Below, in pieces: positions 59,897 through 64,000 of a stretch of DNA of 64,000 bases. The DNA is from Phoronis australis. Lineage: Eukaryota; Animalia; Phoronida. The stretch is from assembly GCA_002633005.1 (NCBI GenBank), contig NMRA01000076.1, forward strand, positions 372,001 to 436,000, read 5' to 3'. Below the pieces are notes generated by a model that was given only the letters and a program-made list of their open reading frames with translations, was not told the origin of the DNA and ran no database searches. Position 1 is the first letter of the stretch, and every line of letters begins with the position of its first letter. A program made the translations under genes and the position numbers.

Positions 59897-62301
59897 CTGA
59901 AACGAAGTTAATATAAGCTGAATGCATCACATGTAATCCATCCGATATAGGTCTGTGCAGGAGAGAAATTTCAAGCTTCACTATCTAGATAACTATTAGT
60001 GTAACATAGTGCCTTCACCGCTCAGTGTTACAACTACAACAGAGCAGACACTATGACACCGTTGACATCCAGTGTACACTTTCATACACTAAACCCAAGG
60101 AGTTGTTTCACTGACAATCATTAGTTAAGGTACAAGTCCTTGTGCCCACACATTCTTAAAACCCGGCGGCGGCTGTTGTCGAGTGATTACCCCTTTATTA
60201 AAAATTCAATCCTCCTCATTCTTAACTTAGTGCAAATTCTTGTGAAATTAATGGCGTCTTTATTCAACTTAATGCAGTCATATTCTTAACTGGCAAACAA
60301 CTGTGAAACGAATCCCCATGTGTTACCACAATTAGGAGTTTGCAATTCTGGCTTGACCTAATAAGCACTATGGGGAACTTTCGACCAAACCATTACAGTC
60401 CACTATGTAAATTGTATTTGACAGTGATTAACATGATTAGCACATTCCTCCAAGTACACCAACACACAGGAGGCGCTACTTACCAGGTTGTACCAAGCAG
60501 AGACTACTAGCTTCTCTTCTTGTTCTCGTATCTGCTTGTTCTTCTCCTGGTCACGCTGCAGAATTAGGAGAACAATGTTGAGACTAGCCGGAGGTAAACA
60601 CGCCATCACGAGGGTCCTCCACATATTGCTTAGATAATATCCACAGATAGTAACAAGTTTTAACCATTTCATTTCCAAGTGTTTATCACAGAACAACACT
60701 TACTTTCTTTCGTGACTGTAGAGGGTGTTGAATTACGGAACATGAAAAAAATGCTATCAAAATAATTGAGATTAAAGTGACAGTACTCGCATCCTTGGAG
60801 GGTGAATTTTCACAATGAAGTAATTGCGTTTGAAGTGGATAAGCAACCAAGACCTGTCGCGAACAGGTTCCACCCCAAACATAGTACAATCCAGGACAAC
60901 TAGACCTTCTTCCGTGACATATTTCGTACCCAAAAGTAAACACACCATGTCCCAAGATAATAGTCAGATTAGCTATCACATCCACATATTCAACTGCTTT
61001 GAATAAAAATTATAAAAGATTAAATAGCTTGGGAAGGAAAACAAAATGTTCCTGTGATGATCCGAAAAGCTCAGCTTACCTCTAAATGTTCTATGTATCG
61101 CGTCTTTTCTTCAAGCTGATTTTTTAATATTTGCACTTCACCGGTGTTTCCTGAGTTGTGCTTTGGCTCCAATGCTTTTATCACCTGCACGACACGAGAC
61201 ATGGAAGACATAATCAGAAATCGAGCAACCACAGAATGTCATTAGTACAAGTTCTTAACTAGTGCTAACATCAAAAAAAATAATATTGTTTCAAAATTAA
61301 AAGTTCAAGCACACGATTTTAACAGCTAACAACAACAAAGATAAGAGCTTTACTTTTGTTTTTCTGAGGTTCAGCGAAAATACTAGAACATTCAGTGCGC
61401 ATTAAAGTAGAAAACAAATAGCACTACCGTGTCTCCGATTAATTTTGTTTACAAATGAGGCAGCTTCCAAACTCCTCTCCTCCCCTCAACCCTCTCACTC
61501 CCAATCTCCCTAACCCCCTCTCTCTGCAGATAACAACTCACACTTTTGGCTTTCTCAAGGTATTTCTTATACCGCTCCTCCATCAATTTCATCTCATCCG
61601 TCTTTTTATCCAATGCTTGTTGCAGGTCCTTTAACCGCACATCCTTCTCAGACAACTGTGGCTCTAATGTATCTATCAGACTCCTCTTTTTCTCAAGCTC
61701 AGACTCTTGTGAGCTGATTTTCTGCATTTGCAATTGTAACTTTTTCCGCAGCTCGCTAGACCCGTCGTTACCATCGTTGGTCACCGAGGTTTTTTCCTGC
61801 AGGTCTTCTACGTTGGCTTCAAGTTCTAGTATCCTTTGGTTGGCTAGCCTGAAGTATTAACACATTGTCTGGTTAATTAGTTGACCTTCAATAATAGTTC
61901 AAGAAGGAGATCTAAACCAGTGCTCTGTAGATTTCACACGATTTCATTTATTGAAACACTCCCTACAGGAACAAAACACTCAAAACAACAGTCAACATGA
62001 CGTTTACTCAGCATACAGTCAACTTTAACCCTGAACAACATTGGTGAGAACGTAAGTCAAATCAGACATGTGCAGTTCAGATTCATGCAGCCATAAGCCC
62101 CGCCTCTTATCCAAAAATAACTCAAACTGAGACACCTTTAGGTAACTATTGCCACAATACCTGTTCTCAGTTTCCAGCTCGTTATTCCTCCGCTGTACAT
62201 CTTCCAGCAAGGTCTTTGTTAGCTGCGAGTTCTCGTCCTCATTTCCTTCCTGAGATAACTTCAACATCTTATTTTCGTGTTGTAAACGGATTATTTTTTC
62301 T
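59753..62301 (-). CDS. HOOK: Hook-family microtubule/dynein adaptor (Hook1/2/3-like), 3' part; 5' exons beyond window
   Basis: REKIIRLQHENKMLK, MEERYKKYLEKAKSVIKALEPK, REQEEKLVVSAWYNL and QSFLARQRQA are characteristic Hook C-terminal motifs; five exons join in phase. Confidence 0.93.
60484..60555 (-). CDS. HOOK: HOOK exon
   Basis: ctgcag| RDQEKNKQIREQEEKLVVSAWYNL |gtaagt. Confidence 0.9.
61080..61184 (-). CDS. HOOK: HOOK exon
   Basis: gtgcag| VIKALEPKHNSGNTGEVQILKNQLEEKTRYIEHLE |gtaagc. Confidence 0.9.
61542..61848 (-). CDS. HOOK: HOOK exon
   Basis: cttcag| LANQRILELE...MEERYKKYLEKAKS |gtgagt. Confidence 0.92.
62161..62301 (-). CDS. HOOK: HOOK exon
   Basis: ttgcag| EKIIRLQHENKMLKLSQEG...LETEN |gtattg. 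Confidence 0.92.
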
Positions 62302-62994
62302 CTGCAAACAACGACCAAATTACAAGCTTACAACCTGTAACAAGTAACACCAAAAGCATGCATGGTTTTGACCTGAGTCCAGATTCACTTTGAAACCTAA
62401 TATGTGTCATCACTTTAAGAAAACAAAAAAGCGCCTGCACTCATCAATTCAGCCAAGGTCTTGACTCTTCTCTGAAAAACCCAACAAATAAACAAAGGCA
62501 ATGTTTTCAGCACTGTGGCTTGCAAAGTGAGACACTTTTGATGAGCTCATGATTTTTTTAAAAAGCAACAAAGAAGACCATGAATAACTTTGCTTTGTTT
62601 GGCCTCGTCATACTGTTAAGTGTTTTATCGTATTCATACAAATACACAATTTAACCATTAGAAGAAAAACAAAATATTTCACCTTTTAAGAAAAGACTTA
62701 CCATGAAACTAACATTTAGATGTCATTCCTTACTAAATATGTATTCACTTTAATATGTATCTCACTTAGTTACCTTGTATATTGTAAAATAATTCAAATT
62801 AACAAACGCAGAATGGACTTAACCCTAACACTCACTTTATTTCTGGTGGCACAGACATCATCTCTAGAGACCCAGGTGAACTTGACATGGTCCCATCTGG
62901 TGGTCCGTCGAGATCTAAAAGCAGGACTCTCTAACTAACATTTGGTCATAAAGAAACAAAGAAGGAACTAGGTAATCACGTGTACGAGTATTGT

Positions 62995-63405
62995 ATCATA
63001 TGGAAGTACCATTCAATCATATGGATGAACCACTGAATCATAGGGATGAACCACTGAATCATAGGGACGAATCACTGAATCGTATGGATGAAACACTGAA
63101 TCATATGGATGAAATACTGAATCTTAGGGATGAATCGCACAGAACCACTGAATCGCATGGATGTACCACTGAATCATATGAATGTATCACTGAATGATAT
63201 GGATGAAGCACTGAATCGTATCAATGAATCACTGAATCATGAATCACTGAATCATAGGGATGAATCACTGAATCAAATAGCTGAAAGACAGAATCACAAG
63301 GATGTACCACTGAATCATATGAATGAACCACTGAATCATTAGATGAACACCTGAAACATATGGATGAAACACTGAATCATTTCTATGTACCCCTGAATTA
63401 TATGG
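62995..63405. repeat. 21-bp minisatellite, about 19 degenerate copies, in a HOOK intron
   Basis: Unit gaaccactgaatcatatggat. Confidence 0.92.
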
Positions 63406-64000
63406 TAAATTTGTGCAAATCTTAAGTTTGCTCATGCACGAAGTTACATTTCACACATAATATTCAGTAGTTCATGCACATGATTCAGTGATGCATGTGA
63501 TTGATACAATGCTCGTGTTTACCATTTTCTAGTACCTTTGTAACAACCACTCAATGATTATTTCACTTAGTTTCTAAATCAATACTGACAGCTATGCTAT
63601 TTTGTAGCAAAACAGCACAGCATATTTCCAGATAGAACTAACTTTTAAACTACCAGAATCCAATAGCATGTCTGCACAATAATCAATCTTGAGAAAGGAA
63701 AAAGATCACAGGGACTAGCACAACCTGTTAAAAAGCAAACTAAAAACAAAACAAAACATAAAATTGTAAACTCAATAAGCAACGTAAGCTTAATTAATCT
63801 ATTAAGCTTGCAAACTTTTCACTAACAAACGGTAAGTAATACACTTTCATGATGGTTTATGGACAACCAACCTGTGAATAAGGCGTTGCCAAGTTCATTG
63901 GCGATCGGGTATGAGACATTGTTATCGTCGAAAGATGAGACACCCAGTCCTGGTAACAGATGTGAAATGAGAGACAGAGAGAGACAGGACCTCCAATACA

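Noticed and set aside
62991-63342. Heptad-repeat ORFs (EPLNHMD)n
   Set aside because: Translation of a 21-bp intronic minisatellite, antisense to HOOK, with frameshifts and stops

Overview
This is eukaryotic (animal, probably invertebrate; species not determinable) genomic DNA, so most short ORFs in the track are exon fragments or noise. On the + strand, 82-52291 holds the 3' part of a CPLANE1 (C5orf42/JBTS17) orthologue. I traced 32 phase-consistent GT/GC-AG exons by hand, about 7,736 codons in the window. On the - strand, 59753-62301 holds five 3' coding exons of a HOOK-family dynein adaptor, tail-to-tail with CPLANE1. The main novelty is two giant, frame-symmetric internal exons with no counterpart I recognise in vertebrate CPLANE1. 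One is 4,197 bp, Cys/Ser-rich, with an array of LC8-type QT motifs. The other is 9,831 bp, Q/E-rich, with periodic R-x-S repeats. Skipping both gives a roughly normal-sized CPLANE1; including both gives a protein of about 8,000 aa. Candidate RFX X-boxes lie upstream of the second giant exon. Introns carry MITEs (three with 6-bp TSDs), two Helentron-type elements each preceded by the same MITE family, two LINE relics and several minisatellites. Gene identities rest on motifs recalled from memory, not on database searches.
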